Assembly (NCBI RefSeq): GCF_009914755.1
Contig: NC_060942.1
Direction: 5' to 3' (one strand)
DNA from: the human T2T-CHM13v2.0 reference genome, Homo sapiens
DNA: 64,000 bases
The position numbers and the translations under genes are program-made. Each line of letters starts with the position of its first letter. Within the stretch, counting starts at the first letter, position 1. Shown here one piece after another: positions 10,601 to 25,600 of this stretch. The notes under the pieces were generated by a model. That model saw only the letters and a list, made by a program, of their open reading frames with translations. It was not told the origin of the DNA and did no database searches.

Positions 10601-13600
10601 GTTGGATAGCTCTAACGATTTCGTTGGAAACGGGAATACCTTCATATGAAATCTAGACAGTGGCACTCTCAGAAACTGCTTTGTGATATCTGCATTCAAG
10701 CCACAGAGTTGAACATTTCCCTTCCTAAAGCAGGTTTGAAACACTCTTTTTGTCGTATCTGGAAGTGGACATTTGGAGCACTTTGACGCCTTTGGTGAAA
10801 AAGAAAATGTCTTCCCATGAAAACTAGACAGAAGCATTCTAAGAAACATTTTTGGGATATATGTACTCAACTAACAGAGTTGAACCTTTCTCTTTATAGA
10901 TCAGTTTTGGAAAGCTCTTTATGTGGAATCTGCAGATGGATATTCGGATAGCTCTGAGGATTTCGTTGGAGACGGGAATACATAAAGAAAGTAGACAGCA
11001 GCATTCTCAGGAGATTCTTTGTGATGTTTGCTTTTAAGTCACAGAGTTGAATATTCCCTTCAATAGAGCAGGTTTGAAACACTCTTTCTGTAGTATCTGG
11101 AAGTGGACATTTCAATCGATTTCAGGCCTATGTTGAAAAAGAAAATACCTTAACATAAAAACTAGACAGAAGCATTCTCAGAAACGGCTTTGTGATGTGT
11201 GTCCTCAACTAACAGAGTTCAACCTTTCTTATGATACAGCAGTTTGGAAACACTCTTTTTATAGAATTTGCAAGTTGATACATGGATAGCCCTAACTATT
11301 TCGTTGGAAACGGGAATATCTTCATATAAAACCTAGACAGAAGCACTCTCAGAAACTACTTTGTGATATCTGCCTTGATATCAGAGAGTTGAATATTCCC
11401 TTTCTAAGGGCAGGCTTGAAAGCGTCTTTTCGTGGAATCTGCAGGAGGATATTTGGATAGCTTTGAGGGTTAAGTTGGAAACGGGATTACATATACAAAG
11501 TAGACAGCAGCATTCTCAGAAGCTTCTTTGTGATGTTTGCGTTTAAGTCACAGAGTTGAACGTTCCCTTTCATAGAGCAGGTTTCAAACCCTCTTTCTGC
11601 AGTATCTGGAAGTGGACATTTCGAGCGCTTTCAGGCCCGTGGTGAACAAGGAAATATCTTCCCATGCAAACTAGACAGAAGCATTCGCAGAAACTTGTTT
11701 GTGATGTGTGTCCTCAACTCACGGAGTTGAACATTTCGTTTGACAGAGCAGTTTGGAAACACGATTTTTGTAGAATCTGCAAGTGGATATTTGGATGGCT
11801 TTGTGGATTTCGTTGGAAACGGGAGTATCTTCATAGACAACCTAGACAGTAACATGCTCAGAAACTGTTTTGTGATATCTGCATTCACGTCACAGAGTTG
11901 AACATTCCCTTTCATAGAGCAGGTTTGAAACACACTTTCTGTAGTATCTGGATGTGGGCACTTGGAGCGCTTGGACGCTTATGGTGAAAAAGGACATATC
12001 GTCCCATAAAAACTGGACAGAAGCATTCTCACAAACTGCTTTGTGACGTATGTCTTCAACTAACAGAGTTGAACATTTCTATTCACAGAGCAGTTTTGAA
12101 AGACTCTTTTGGAGTATCTGCTAGTGGATATTTGGAGAGCTTTAAGGATTTCATTGGAAACCGGAATATCTTCAGGTAAAATCTAGACAGAGGCATTCTC
12201 AGAAACTTCTTCGTAATGTGTGTCCTCAACTAACAGTGTACAACCTATCTTTTGATACAGCACGTTGGAAACACTCTTTTTATAGAATCTGCAAGTGGAT
12301 AGTTGGATAGCTCTAACGATTTCGTTGGAAACGGGAATACCTTCATATAAAATTTAGACAGTGGCACTCTCAGAAACTGCTTTGTGATATCTGCATTCAA
12401 GCCACAGAGTTGAACATTTCCCTTCCTAAAGCAGGTTTGAAACACTCTTTCTGTCGTATCTGGAAGTGGACATTTGGAGCACTTTGACGCCTTTGGTGAA
12501 AAAGGAAATGTCTTCCCATGAAAACTAGACAGAAGCATTCTAAGAAACATTTTTGGGATATATGTACTCAATTAACAGAGTTGAACCTTTCTCTTTATAG
12601 ATCAGTTTTGGAAAGCTCTTTATGTGGAATCTGCAGATGGATATTCGGATAGCTCTGAGGATTTCGTTGGAGACGGGAATACATAAAGAAAGTAGACAGC
12701 AGCATTCTCAGGAGATTCTTTGTGATGTTTGCTTCTAAGTCACAGAGTTGAATATTCCCTTCAATAGAGCAGGTTTTAAACACTCTTTCTGTAGTATCTG
12801 GAAGTGGACATTTCGATCGATTTCAGGCCTATGTTGAAAAAGGAAATACCTTAACATCAAAACTAGACAGAAGCATTCTCAGAAACGTCTTTGTGATGTG
12901 TGTCCTCAACTAACAGAGTTCAACCTTTCTTATGATACAGCAGTTTGGAAACACTCTTTTTATAGAATTTGCAAGTTGATACATGCATAGCCCTAACTAT
13001 TTCGTTGGAAACGGGAATATCTTCATATAAAACCTAGACAGAAGCACTCTCAGAATCTACTTTGTGATATCTGCATTGATAACAGAGAGTTGAATATTCC
13101 CTTTCTAAGGGCAGGCTTGAAAGCGTCTTTTTGTGGAATCTGCAGGAGGATATTTGGATAGCTTGGAGGGTTACGTTGGAAACGGGATTACATATACAAA
13201 GTAGACAGCAGCATTCTCAGAAGCTTCTTTATGACGTTTGCGTTTAAGTCACAGAGTTGAACGTTCCCTTTCATAGAGCAGGTTTCAAACCCTCTTTCTG
13301 CAGTATCTGGAAGTGGACATTTCGAGCGCTTTCAGGCCCGTGGTGAACAAGGAAATATCTTCCCATGCAAACTAGACAGAAGCATTCGCAGAAACTTGTT
13401 TGTGATGTGTGTCCTCAACTCACGGAGTTGAACATTTCGTTTGACAGAGCAGTTTGGAAACACGATTTTTGTAGAATCTGCTAGTGGATATTTGGATGGC
13501 TTTGTGGATTTCGTTGGAAACGGGAGTATCTTCATAGACAACCTAGACAGTAACATGCTCAGAAACTGCTTTGTGATATCTGCATTCACGTCACAGAGTT

Positions 13601-16600
13601 GAACATTCCCTTTCATAGAGCAGGTTTGAAACACACTTTCTGTAGTATCTGGATGTGGGCACTTGGAGCGCTTGGACGCTTATGGTGAAAAAGGACATAT
13701 CGTCCCATTAAAACTGGACAAATGCATTCTCACAAACTGCTTTGTGACGTATGTATTCAACTAACAGAGTTGAACATTTCTATTCACAGAGCAGTTTTGA
13801 AAGACTCTTTTGGAGTATCTGCTAGTGGATATTTGGAGAGCTTTAAGGATTTCATTGGAAACCGGAATATCTTCAGGTAAAATCTAGACAGAGGCATTCT
13901 CAGAAACTTCTTCGTAATGTGTGTCCTCAACTAACAGTGTACAACCTATCTTTTGATACAGCACGTTGGAAACACTCTTTTTATAGAATCTGCAAGTGGA
14001 TAGTTGGGTAGCTCTAACGATTTCATTGGAAACGGGAATACCTTCATATAAAATCTAGACAGTGGCACTCTCAGAAACTGCTTTGTGATATCTGCATTCA
14101 AGCCACAGAGTTGAACATTTCCCTTCCTAAAGCAGGTTTGAAAAACTCTTTCTGTCGTATCTGGAAGTGGACATTTGGAGCACTTTGACGCCTTTGGTGA
14201 AAAAGGAAATGTCTTCCCATGAAAACTAGACAGAAGCATTCTAAGAAACATTTTTGGGATATATGTACTCAACTAACAGAGTTGAACCTTTCTCTTTATA
14301 GATCAGTTTTGGAAAGCTCTTTATGTGGAATCTGCAGATGGATATTCGGATAGCTCTGAGGATTTCGTTGGAGATGGGAATACATAAAGAAAGTAGACAG
14401 CAGCATTCTCAGGAGATTCTTTGTGATGTTTGCTTTTAAGTCACAGAGTTGAATATTCCCTTCAATAGAGCAGGTTTGAAACACTCTTTCTGTAGTATCT
14501 GGAAGTGGACATTTCGATCGATTTCAGGCCTATGTTGAAAAAGGAAATACCTTAACATCAAAACTAGACAGAAGCATTCTCAGAAACGTCTTTGTGATGT
14601 GTGTCCTCAACTAACAGAGTTCAACCTTTCTTATGATACAGCAGTTTGGAAACACTCTTTTTATAGAATTTGCAAGTTGATACATGGATAGCCCTAACTA
14701 TTTCGTTGGAAACGGGAATATCTTCATATAAAACCTAGGCAGAAGCACTCTCAGAAACTACTTTGTGATATCTGCATTGATATCAGAGAGTTGAATATTC
14801 CCTTTCTAAGGGCAGGCTTGAAAGCGTCTTTTCGTGGAATCTGCAGGAGGATATTTGGATAGCTTGGAGGGATACGTTGGAAACGGGATTACATATACAA
14901 AGTAGACAGCAGCATTCTCAGAAGCTTCTTTGTGATGTTTGCGTTTAAGTCACAGAGTTGAACGTTCCCTTTCATAGAGCAGGTTTCAAACCCTCTTTCT
15001 GCAGTATCTGGAAGTGGACATTTCGAGCGCTTTCAGGCCCATGGTGAACAAGGAAATATCTTCCCATGCAAACTAGACAGAAGCATTCGCAGAAACTTGT
15101 TTGCGATGTGTGTCCTCAACTCACGGAGTTGAACATTTCGTTTGACAGAGCAGTTTGGAAACACGATTTTTGTAGAATCTGCAAGTGGATATTTGGATGG
15201 CTTTGTGGATTTCGTTGGAAACGGGAGTATCTTCATAGACAACCTAGACAGTAACATGCTCAGAAACTGCTTTGTGATATCTGCATTCACGTCACAGAGT
15301 TGAACATTCCCTTTCATAGAGCAGGTTTGAAACACACTTTCTGTAGTATCTGGATGTGGGCACTTGGAGCGCTTGGACGCTTATGGTGAAAAAGGACAGA
15401 TCGTCCCATAAAAACTGGACAGAAGCATTCTCACAAACTGCTTTGTGACGTATGTCTTCAACTAACAGAGTTGAACATTTCTATTCACAGAGCAGTTTTG
15501 AAAGACTCTTTTGGAGTATCTGCTAGTGGATATTTGGAGAGCTTTAAGGATTTCATTGGAAACCGGAATATCTTCAGGTAAAATCTAGACAGAGGCATTC
15601 TCAGAAACTTCTTCGTCATGTGTGTCCTCAACTAACAGTGTACAACCTATCTTTTGATACAGCACGTTGGAAACACTCTTTTTATAGAATCTGCAAGTGG
15701 ATAGTTGGATAGCTCTAACGATTTCATTGGAAACGGGAATACCTTCATATAAAATCTAGACAGTGGCACTCTCAGAAACTGCTTTGTGATATCTGCATTC
15801 AAGCCACAGAGTTGAACATTTCCCTTCCTAAAGCAGGTTTGAAACACTCTTTTTGTCGTATCTGGAAGTGGACATTTGGAGCACTTTGACGCCTTTGGTG
15901 AAAAAGGAAATGTCTTCCCATCAAAACTAGACAGAAGCATTCTAAGAAACATTTTTGGGATATATGTACTCAACTAACAGAGTTGAACCTTTCTCTTTAT
16001 AGATCAGTTTTGGAAAGCTCTTTATGTGGAATCTGCAGATGGATATTCGGATAGCTCTGAGGATTTCGTTGGAGACGGGAATACATAAAGAAAGTAGACA
16101 GCAGCATTCTCAGGAGATACTTTGTGATGTTTGCTTTTAAGTCACAGAGTTGAATATTCCCTTCAATAGAGCAGGTTTGAAACACTCTTTCTGTAGTATC
16201 TGGAAGTGGACATTTCGATCGATTTCAGGCCTATGTTGAAAAAGGAAATATCTTAACATAAAAACTAGACAGAAGCATTCTCAGAAACGTCTTTGTGATG
16301 TGTGTCCTCAACTAACAGAGTTCAACCTTTCTTATGATACAGCAGTTTGGAAACACTCTTTTTATAGAATTTGCAAGTTGATACATGGATAGCCCTAACT
16401 ATTTCGTTGGAAACGGGAATATCTTCATATAAAACCTAGGCAGAAGCACTCTCAGAAACTACTTTGTGATATCTGCATTGATATCAGAGAGTTGAATATT
16501 CCCTTTCTAAGGGCAGGCTTGAAAGCGTCTTTTTGTGGAATCTGCAGGAGGATATTTGGATAGCTTGGAGGGTTACGTTGGAAACGGGATTACATATACA

Positions 16601-19600
16601 AAGTAGACAGCAGCATTCTCAGAAGCTTCTTTGTGATGTTTGCGTTTAAGTCACAGAGTTGAACGTTCCCTTTCATAGAGCAGGTTTCAAACCCTCTTTC
16701 TGCAGTATCTGGAAGTGGACATTTCGAGCGCTTTCAGGCCCATGGTGAACAAGGAAATATCTTCCCATGCAAACTAGACAGAAGCATTCGCAGAAACTTG
16801 TTTGTGATGTGTGTCCTCAACTCACGGAGTTGAACATTTCGTTTGACAGAGCAGTTTGGAAACACGATGTTTGTAGAATCTGCAAGTGGATATTTGGATG
16901 GCTTTGTGGATTTCGTTGGAAACGGGAGTATCTTCATAGACAACCTAGACAGTAACATGCTCAGAAACTGTTTTGTGATATCTGCATTTACGTCACAGAG
17001 TTGAACATTCCCTTTCATAGAGCAGGTTTGAAACACACTTTCTGTAGTATCTGGATGTGGGCACTTGGAGCGCTTGGACGCTTATGGTGAAAAAGGACAT
17101 ATCGTCCATAAAAACTGGACAGAAGCATTCTCACAAACTGCTTTGTGACGTATGTCTTCAACTAACAGAGTTGAACATTTCTATTCACAGAGCAGTTTTG
17201 AAAGACTCTTTTGGAGTATCTGCTAGTGGATATTTGGAGAGCTTTAAGGATTTCATTGGAAACCGGAATATCTTCAGGTAAAATCTAGACAGAGGCATTC
17301 TCAGAAACTTCTTCATAATGTGTGTCCTCAACTAACAGTGTACAACCTATCTTTTGATACAGCACGTTGGAAACACTCTTTTTATAGAATCTGCAAGTGG
17401 ATAGTTGGATAGCTCTAACGATTTCTTTGGAAACGGGAATACCTTCATATAAAATCTAGACAGTGGCACTCTCAGAAACTGCTTTGTGATATCTGCATTC
17501 AAGCCACTGAGTTGAACATTTCCCTTCCTAAAGCAGGTTTGAAACACTCTTTTTGTCGTATCTGGAAGTGGACATTTGGAGCACTTTGGCGCCTTTGGTG
17601 AAAAAGGAAATGTCTTCCCATGAAAACTAGACAGAAGCATTCTAAGAAACATTTTTGGGATATATGTACTCAACTAACAGAGTTGAACCTTTCTCTTTAT
17701 AGATCAGCTTTGGAAAGCTCTTTATTTGGGATCTGCAGATGGATATTCAGATAGCTCTGAGGATTTCGTCGGAGACGGGAATACATAAAGAAAGTAGACA
17801 GCAGCATTCTCAGGAGATTCTTTGTGATGTTTGCTTTTAAGTCACAGAGTTGAATATTCCCTTCAATAGAGCAGGTTTGAAACACTCTTTCTGTAGTATC
17901 TGGAAGTGGACATTTCGATCGATTTCAGGCCTATGTTGAAAAAGGAAATACCTTAACATAAAAACTAGACAGAAGCATTCTCAGAAACGTCTTTGTGATG
18001 TGTGTCCTCAACTAACAGAGTTCAACCTTTCTTATGATACAGCAGTTGGGAAACACTCTTTTTATAGAATTTGCAAGTTGATACATGGATAGCCCTAACT
18101 ATTTCGTTGGAAACGGGAATATCTTCATATAAAACCTAGACAGAAGCACTCTCAGAAACTACTTTGTGATATCTGCATTGATATCAGAGAGTTGAATATT
18201 CCCTTTCTAAGGGAAGGCTTGAAAGCGTCTTTTCGTGGAATCTGCGGGAGGATATTTGGATAGCTTGGAGGGATACGTTGGAAACGGGATTACATAAACA
18301 AAGTAGACAGCAGCATTCTCAGAAGCTTCTTTGTGATGTTTGCGTTTAAGTCACAGAGTTGAACGTTCCCTTTCATAGAGCAGGTTTCAAACCCTCTTTC
18401 TGCAGTATCTGGAAGTGGACATTTCGAGCGCTTTCAGGCCCGTGGTGAACAAGGAAATATCTTCCCATGCAAACTAGACAGAAGCATTCGCAGAAACTTG
18501 TTTGTGATGTGTGTCCTCAACTCACGGAGTTGAACATTTCGTTTGACAGAGCAGTTTGGAAACACGATTTTTGTAGAATCTGCAAGTGGATATTTGGATG
18601 GCTTTGTGGATTTCGTTGGAAACGGGAGTATCTTCACAGACAACCTAGACAGTAACATGCTCAGAAACTGTTTTGTGATATCTGCATTCACGTCACAGTG
18701 TTGAACATTCCCTTTCATAGAGCAGGTTTGAAACACACTTTCTGTAGTATCTGGATGTGGGCACTTGGAGCGCTTGGACGCTTGTGGTGAAAAAGGACAT
18801 ATCGTCCCATAAAAACTGGACAGAAGCATTCTCACAAACTGCTTTGTGACGTATGTCTTCAACTAACAGAGTTGAACATTTCTATTCACAGAGCAGTTTT
18901 GAAAGACTCTTTTGGAGTATCTGCTAGTGGATATTTGGAGAGCTTTAAGGATTTCATTGGAAACCGGAATATCTTCAGGTAAAATCTAGACAGAGGCATT
19001 CTCAGAAACTTCTTCGTCATGTGTGTCCTCAACTAACAGTGTACAACCTATCTTTTGATACAGCACGTTGGAAACACTCTTTTTATAGAATCTGCAAGTG
19101 GATAGTTGGATAGCTCTAACGATTTCGTTGGAAACGGGAATACCTTCATATAAAATCTAGACAGTGGCACTCTCAGAAACTGCTTTGTGATATCTGCATT
19201 CAAGCCACAGAGTTGAACATTTCCCTTCCTAAAGCAGGTTTGAAACACTCTTTCCGTCGTATCTGGAAGTGGACATTTGGAGCACTTTGACGCCTTTTGT
19301 GAAAAAGGAAATGTCTTCCCATGAAAACTAGACAGAAGCATTCTAAGAAACATTTTTGGGATATATGTACTCAACTAACAGAGTTCAACCTTTCTCTTTA
19401 TAGATCAGTTTTGGAAAGCTCTTTATGTGGAATCTGCAGATGGATATTCGGATAGCTCTGAGGATTTCGTTGGAGACGGGAATACATAAAGAAAGTAGAC
19501 AGCAGCATTCTCAGGAGATTCTTTGTGATGTTTGCTTTTAAGTCACAGAGTTGAATATTCCCTTCAATAGAGCAGGTTTGAAACACTCTTTCTGTAGTAT

Positions 19601-22600
19601 CTGGAAGTGGACATTTCGATCGATTTCAGGCCTATGTTGAAAAAGGAAATACCTTAACATAAAAACTAGACAGAAGCATTCTCAGAAACGTCTTTGTGAT
19701 GTGTGTCCTCAACTAACAGAGTTCAACATTTCTTATGATACAGCAGTTTGGAAACACTCTTTTTATAGAATTTGCAAGTTGATACATGGATAGCCCTAAC
19801 TATTTCGTTGGAAACGGGAATATCTTCATATAAAACCTAGGCAGAAGCACTCTCAGAAACTACTTTGTGATATCTGCATTGATATCAGAGAGTTGAATAT
19901 TCCCTTTCTAAGGGCAGGCTTGAAAGCGTCTTTTCGTGGAATCTGCAGGAGGATATTTGGATAGCTTGGAGGGTTACGTTGGAAACGGGATTACATATAC
20001 AAAGTAGACAGCAGCATTCTCAGAAGCTTCTTTGTGATGTTTGCGTTTAAGTCACAGAGTTGAACGTTCCCTTTCATAGAGCAGGTTTCAAACCCTCTTT
20101 CTGCAGTATCTGGAAGTGGACATTTCGAGCGCTTTCAGGCCCATGGTGAACAAGGAAATATCTTCCCATGCAAACTAGACAGAAGCATTCGCAGAAACTT
20201 GTTTGTGATGTGTGTCCTCAACTCACGGAGTTGAACATTTCGTTTGACAGAGCAGTTTGGAAACACGATTTTTGTAGAATCTGCAAGTGGATATTTGGAT
20301 GGCTTTGTGGATTTCGTTGGAAACGGGAGTATCTTCATAGACAACCTAGACAGTAACATGCTCAGAAACTGCTTTGTGATATCTGCATTCACGTCACAGA
20401 GTTGAACATTCCCTTTCATAGAGCAGGTTTGAAACACACTTTCTGTAGTATCTGGATGTGGGCACTTGGAGCGCTTGGACGCTTATGGTGAAAAAGGACA
20501 TATCGTCCCATAAAAACTGGAGAGAAGCATTCTCACAAACTGCTTTGTGACGTATGTCTTCAACTAACAGAGTTGAACATTTCTATTCACAGAGCAGTTT
20601 TGAAAGACTCTTTTGGAGTATCTGCTAGTGGATATTTGGAGAGTTTAAGGATTTCATTGGAAACCGGAATATCTTCAGGTAAAATCTAGACAGAGGCATT
20701 CTCAGAAACTTCTTTGTCATGTGTGTCCTCAACTAACAGTGTACAACCTATCTTTTGATACAGCACGTTGGAAACACTCTTTTTATAGAATCTGCAAGTG
20801 GATAGTTGGATAGCTCTAACGATTTCGTTGGAAACGGGAATACCTTCATATGAAATCTAGACAGTGGCACTCTCAGAAACTGCTTTGTGATATCTGCATT
20901 CAAGCCACAGAGTTGAACATTTCCCTTCCTAAAGCAGGTTTGAAACACTCTTTTTGTCGTATCTGGAAGTGGACATTTGGAGCACTTTGACGCCTTTGGT
21001 GAAAAAGAAAATGTCTTCCCATGAAAACTAGACAGAAGCATTCTAAGAAACATTTTTGGGATATATGTACTCAACTAACAGAGTTGAACCTTTCTCTTTA
21101 TAGATCAGTTTTGGAAAGCTCTTTATGTGGAATCTGCAGATGGATATTCGGATAGCTCTGAGGATTTCGTTGGAGACGGGAATACATAAAGAAAGTAGAC
21201 AGCAGCATTCTCAGGAGATTCTTTGTGATGTTTGCTTTTAAGTCACAGAGTTGAATATTCCCTTCAATAGAGCAGGTTTGAAACACTCTTTCTGTAGTAT
21301 CTGGAAGTGGACATTTCAATCGATTTCAGGCCTATGTTGAAAAAGAAAATACCTTAACATAAAAACTAGACAGAAGCATTCTCAGAAACGGCTTTGTGAT
21401 GTGTGTCCTCAACTAACAGAGTTCAACCTTTCTTATGATACAGCAGTTTGGAAACACTCTTTTTATAGAATTTGCAAGTTGATACATGGATAGCCCTAAC
21501 TATTTCGTTGGAAACGGGAATATCTTCATATAAAACCTAGACAGAAGCACTCTCAGAAACTACTTTGTGATATCTGCCTTGATATCAGAGAGTTGAATAT
21601 TCCCTTTCTAAGGGCAGGCTTGAAAGCGTCTTTTCGTGGAATCTGCAGGAGGATATTTGGATAGCTTTGAGGGTTAAGTTGGAAACGGGATTACATATAC
21701 AAAGTAGACAGCAGCATTCTCAGAAGCTTCTTTGTGATGTTTGCGTTTAAGTCACAGAGTTGAACGTTCCCTTTCATAGAGCAGGTTTCAAACCCTCTTT
21801 CTGCAGTATCTGGAAGTGGACATTTCGAGCGCTTTCAGGCCCGTGGTGAACAAGGAAATATCTTCCCATGCAAACTAGACAGAAGCATTCGCAGAAACTT
21901 GTTTGTGATGTGTGTCCTCAACTCACGGAGTTGAACATTTCGTTTGACAGAGCAGTTTGGAAACACGATTTTTGTAGAATCTGCAAGTGGATATTTGGAT
22001 GGCTTTGTGGATTTCGTTGGAAACGGGAGTATCTTCATAGACAACCTAGACAGTAACATGCTCAGAAACTGTTTTGTGATATCTGCATTCACGTCACAGA
22101 GTTGAACATTCCCTTTCATAGAGCAGGTTTGAAACACACTTTCTGTAGTATCTGGATGTGGGCACTTGGAGCGCTTGGACGCTTATGGTGAAAAAGGACA
22201 TATCGTCCCATAAAAACTGGACAGAAGCATTCTCACAAACTGCTTTGTGACGTATGTCTTCAACTAACAGAGTTGAACATTTCTATTCACAGAGCAGTTT
22301 TGAAAGACTCTTTTGGAGTATCTGCTAGTGGATATTTGGAGAGCTTTAAGGATTTCATTGGAAACCGGAATATCTTCAGGTAAAATCTAGACAGAGGCAT
22401 TCTCAGAAACTTCTTCGTCATGTGTGTCCTCAACTAACAGTGTACAACCTATCTTTTGATACAGCACGTTGGAAACACTCTTTTTATAGAATCTGCAAGT
22501 GGATAGTTGGATAGCTCTAACGATTTCGTTGGAAACGGGAATACCTTCATATAAAATTTAGACAGTGGCACTCTCAGAAACTGCTTTGTGATATCTGCAT

Positions 22601-25600
22601 TCAAGCCACAGAGTTGAACATTTCCCTTCCTAAAGCAGGTTTGAAACACTCTTTCCGTCGTATCTGGAAGTGGACATTTGAGCACTTTGACGCCTTTGGT
22701 GAAAAAGGAAATGTCTTCCCATGAAAACTAGACAGAAGCATTCTAAGAAACATTTTTGGGATATATGTACTCAATTAACAGAGTTGAACCTTTCTCTTTA
22801 TAGATCAGTTTTGGAAAGCTCTTTATGTGGAATCTGCAGATGGATATTCGGATAGCTCTGAGGATTTCGTTGGAGACTGGAATACATAAAGAAAGTAGAC
22901 AGCAGCATTCTCAGGAGATTCTTTGTGATGTTTGCTTCTAAGTCACAGAGTTGAATATTCCCTTCAATAGAGCAGGTTTTAAACACTCTTTCTGTAGTAT
23001 CTGGAAGTGGACATTTCGATCGATTTCAGGCCTATGTTGAAAAAGGAAATACCTTAACATAAAAACTAGACAGAAGCATTCTCAGAAACGTCTTTGTGAT
23101 GTGTGTCCTCAACTAACAGAGTTCAACCTTTCTTATGATACAGCAGTTTGGAAACACTGTTTTTATAGAATTTGCAAGTTGATACATGGATAGCCCTAAC
23201 TATTTCGTTGGAAACGGGAATATCTTCATATAAAACCTAGACAGAAGCATTCTCAGAAACTACTTTGTGATATCTGCATTGATATCAGAGAGTTGAATAT
23301 TCCCTTTCTAAGGGCAGGCTTGAAAGCGTCTTTTCGTGGAATCTGCAGGAGGATATTTGGATAGCTTTGAGGGTTACGTTGGAAACGAGATTACATATAC
23401 AAAGTAGACAGCAGCATTCTCAGAAGCTTCTTTGTGATGTTTGCGTTTAAGTCACAGAGTTGAACGTTCCCTTTCATAGAGCAGGTTTCAAACCCTCTTT
23501 CTGCAGTATCTGGAAGTGGACATTTCGAGCGCTTTCAGGCCCATGGTGAACAAGGAAATATCTTCCCATGCAAACTAGACAGAAGCATTCGCAGAAACTT
23601 GTTTGTGATGTGTGTCCTTAACTCACGGAGTTGAACATTTCGTTTGACAGAGCAGTTTGGAAACACGATTTTTGTAGAATCTGCAAGTGGATATTTGGAT
23701 GGCTTTGTGGATTTCGTTGGAAACGGGAGTATCTTCATAGACAACCTAGACAGTAACATGCTCAGAAACTGTTTTGTGATATCTGCATTCACGTCACAGA
23801 GTTGAACATTCCCTTTCATAGAGCAGGTTTGAAACACACTTTCTGTAGTATCTGGATGTGGGCACTTGGAGCGCTTGGACGCTTATGGTGAAAAAGGACA
23901 TATCGTCCCATAAAAACTGGACAGAAGCATTCTCACAAACTGCTTTGTGACGTATGTCTTCAACTAACAGAGTTGAACATTTCTATTCACAGAGCAGTTT
24001 TGAAAGACTCTTTTGGAGTATCTGCTAGTGGATATTTGGAGAGCTTTAAGGATTTCATTGGAAACCGGAATATCTTCAGGTAAAATCTAGACAGAGGCAT
24101 TCTCAGAAACTTCTTCGTAATGTGTGTCCTCAACTAACAGTGTACAACCTATCTTTTGATACAGCACGTTGGAAACACTCTTTTTATAGAATCTGCAAGT
24201 GGATAGTTGGATAGCTCTAACGATTTCGTTGGAAACGGGAATACCTTCATATAAAATTTAGACAGTGGCACTCTCAGAAACTGCTTTGTGATATCTGCAT
24301 TCAAGCCACAGAGTTGAACATTTCCCTTCCTAAAGCAGGTTTGAAACACTCTTTCTGTCGTATCTGGAAGTGGACATTTGGAGCACTTTGACGCCTTTGG
24401 TGAAAAAGGAAATGTCTTCCCATCAAAACTAGACAGAAGCATTCTAAGAAACATTTTTGGGATATATGTACTCAACTAACAGAGTTGAACCTTTCTCTTT
24501 ATAGATCAGTTTTGGAAAGCTCTTTATGTGGAATCTGCAGATGGATATTCGGATAGCTCTGAGGATTTCGTTGGAGACGGGAATACATAAAGAAAGTAGA
24601 CAGCAGCATTCTCAGGAGATTCTTTGTGATGTTTGCTTCTAAGTCACAGAGTTGAATATTCCCTTCAATAGAGCAGGTTTGAAACACTCTTTCTGTAGTA
24701 TCTGGAAGTGGACATTTCGATCGATTTCAGGCCTATGTTGAAAAAGGAAATACCTTAACATAAAAACTAGACAGAAGCATTCTCAGAAACGTCTTTGTGA
24801 TGTGTGTCCTCAACTAACAGAGTTCAACCTTTCTTATGATACAGCAGTTTGGAAACACTCTTTTTATAGAATTTGCAAGTTGATACATGGATAGCCCTAA
24901 CTATTTCGTTGGAAACGGGAATATCTTCATATAAAACCTAGGCAGAAGCACTCTCAGAAACTACTTTGTGATATCTGCATTGATATCAGAGAGTTGAATA
25001 TTCCCTTTCTAAGGGCAGGCTTGAAAGCGTCTTTTTGTGGAATCTGCAGGAGGATATTTGGATAGCTTGGAGGGTTACGTTGGAAACGGGATTACATATA
25101 CAAAGTAGACAGCAGCATTCTCAGAAGCTTCTTTGTGATGTTTGCGTTTAAGTCACAGAGTTGAACGTTCCCTTTCATAGAGCAGGTTTCAAACCCTCTT
25201 TCTGCAGTATCTGGAAGTGGACATTTCGAGCGCTTTCAGGCCCATGGTGAACAAGGAAATATCTTCCCATGCAAACTAGACAGAAGCATTCGCAGAAACT
25301 TGTTTGTGATGTGTGTCCTCAACTCACGGAGTTGAACATTTCGTTTGACAGAGCAGTTTGGAAACACGATTTTTGTAGAATCTGCAAGTGGATATTTGGA
25401 TGGCTTTGTGGATTTCGTTGGAAACGGGAGTATCTTCACAGACAACCTAGACAGTAACATGCTCAGAAACTGTTTTGTGATATCTGCATTCACGTCACAG
25501 AGTTGAACATTCCCTTTCATAGAGCAGGTTTGAAACACACTTTCTGTAGTATCTGGATGTGGGCACTTGGAGCTCTTGGACGCTTATGGTGAAAAAGGAC

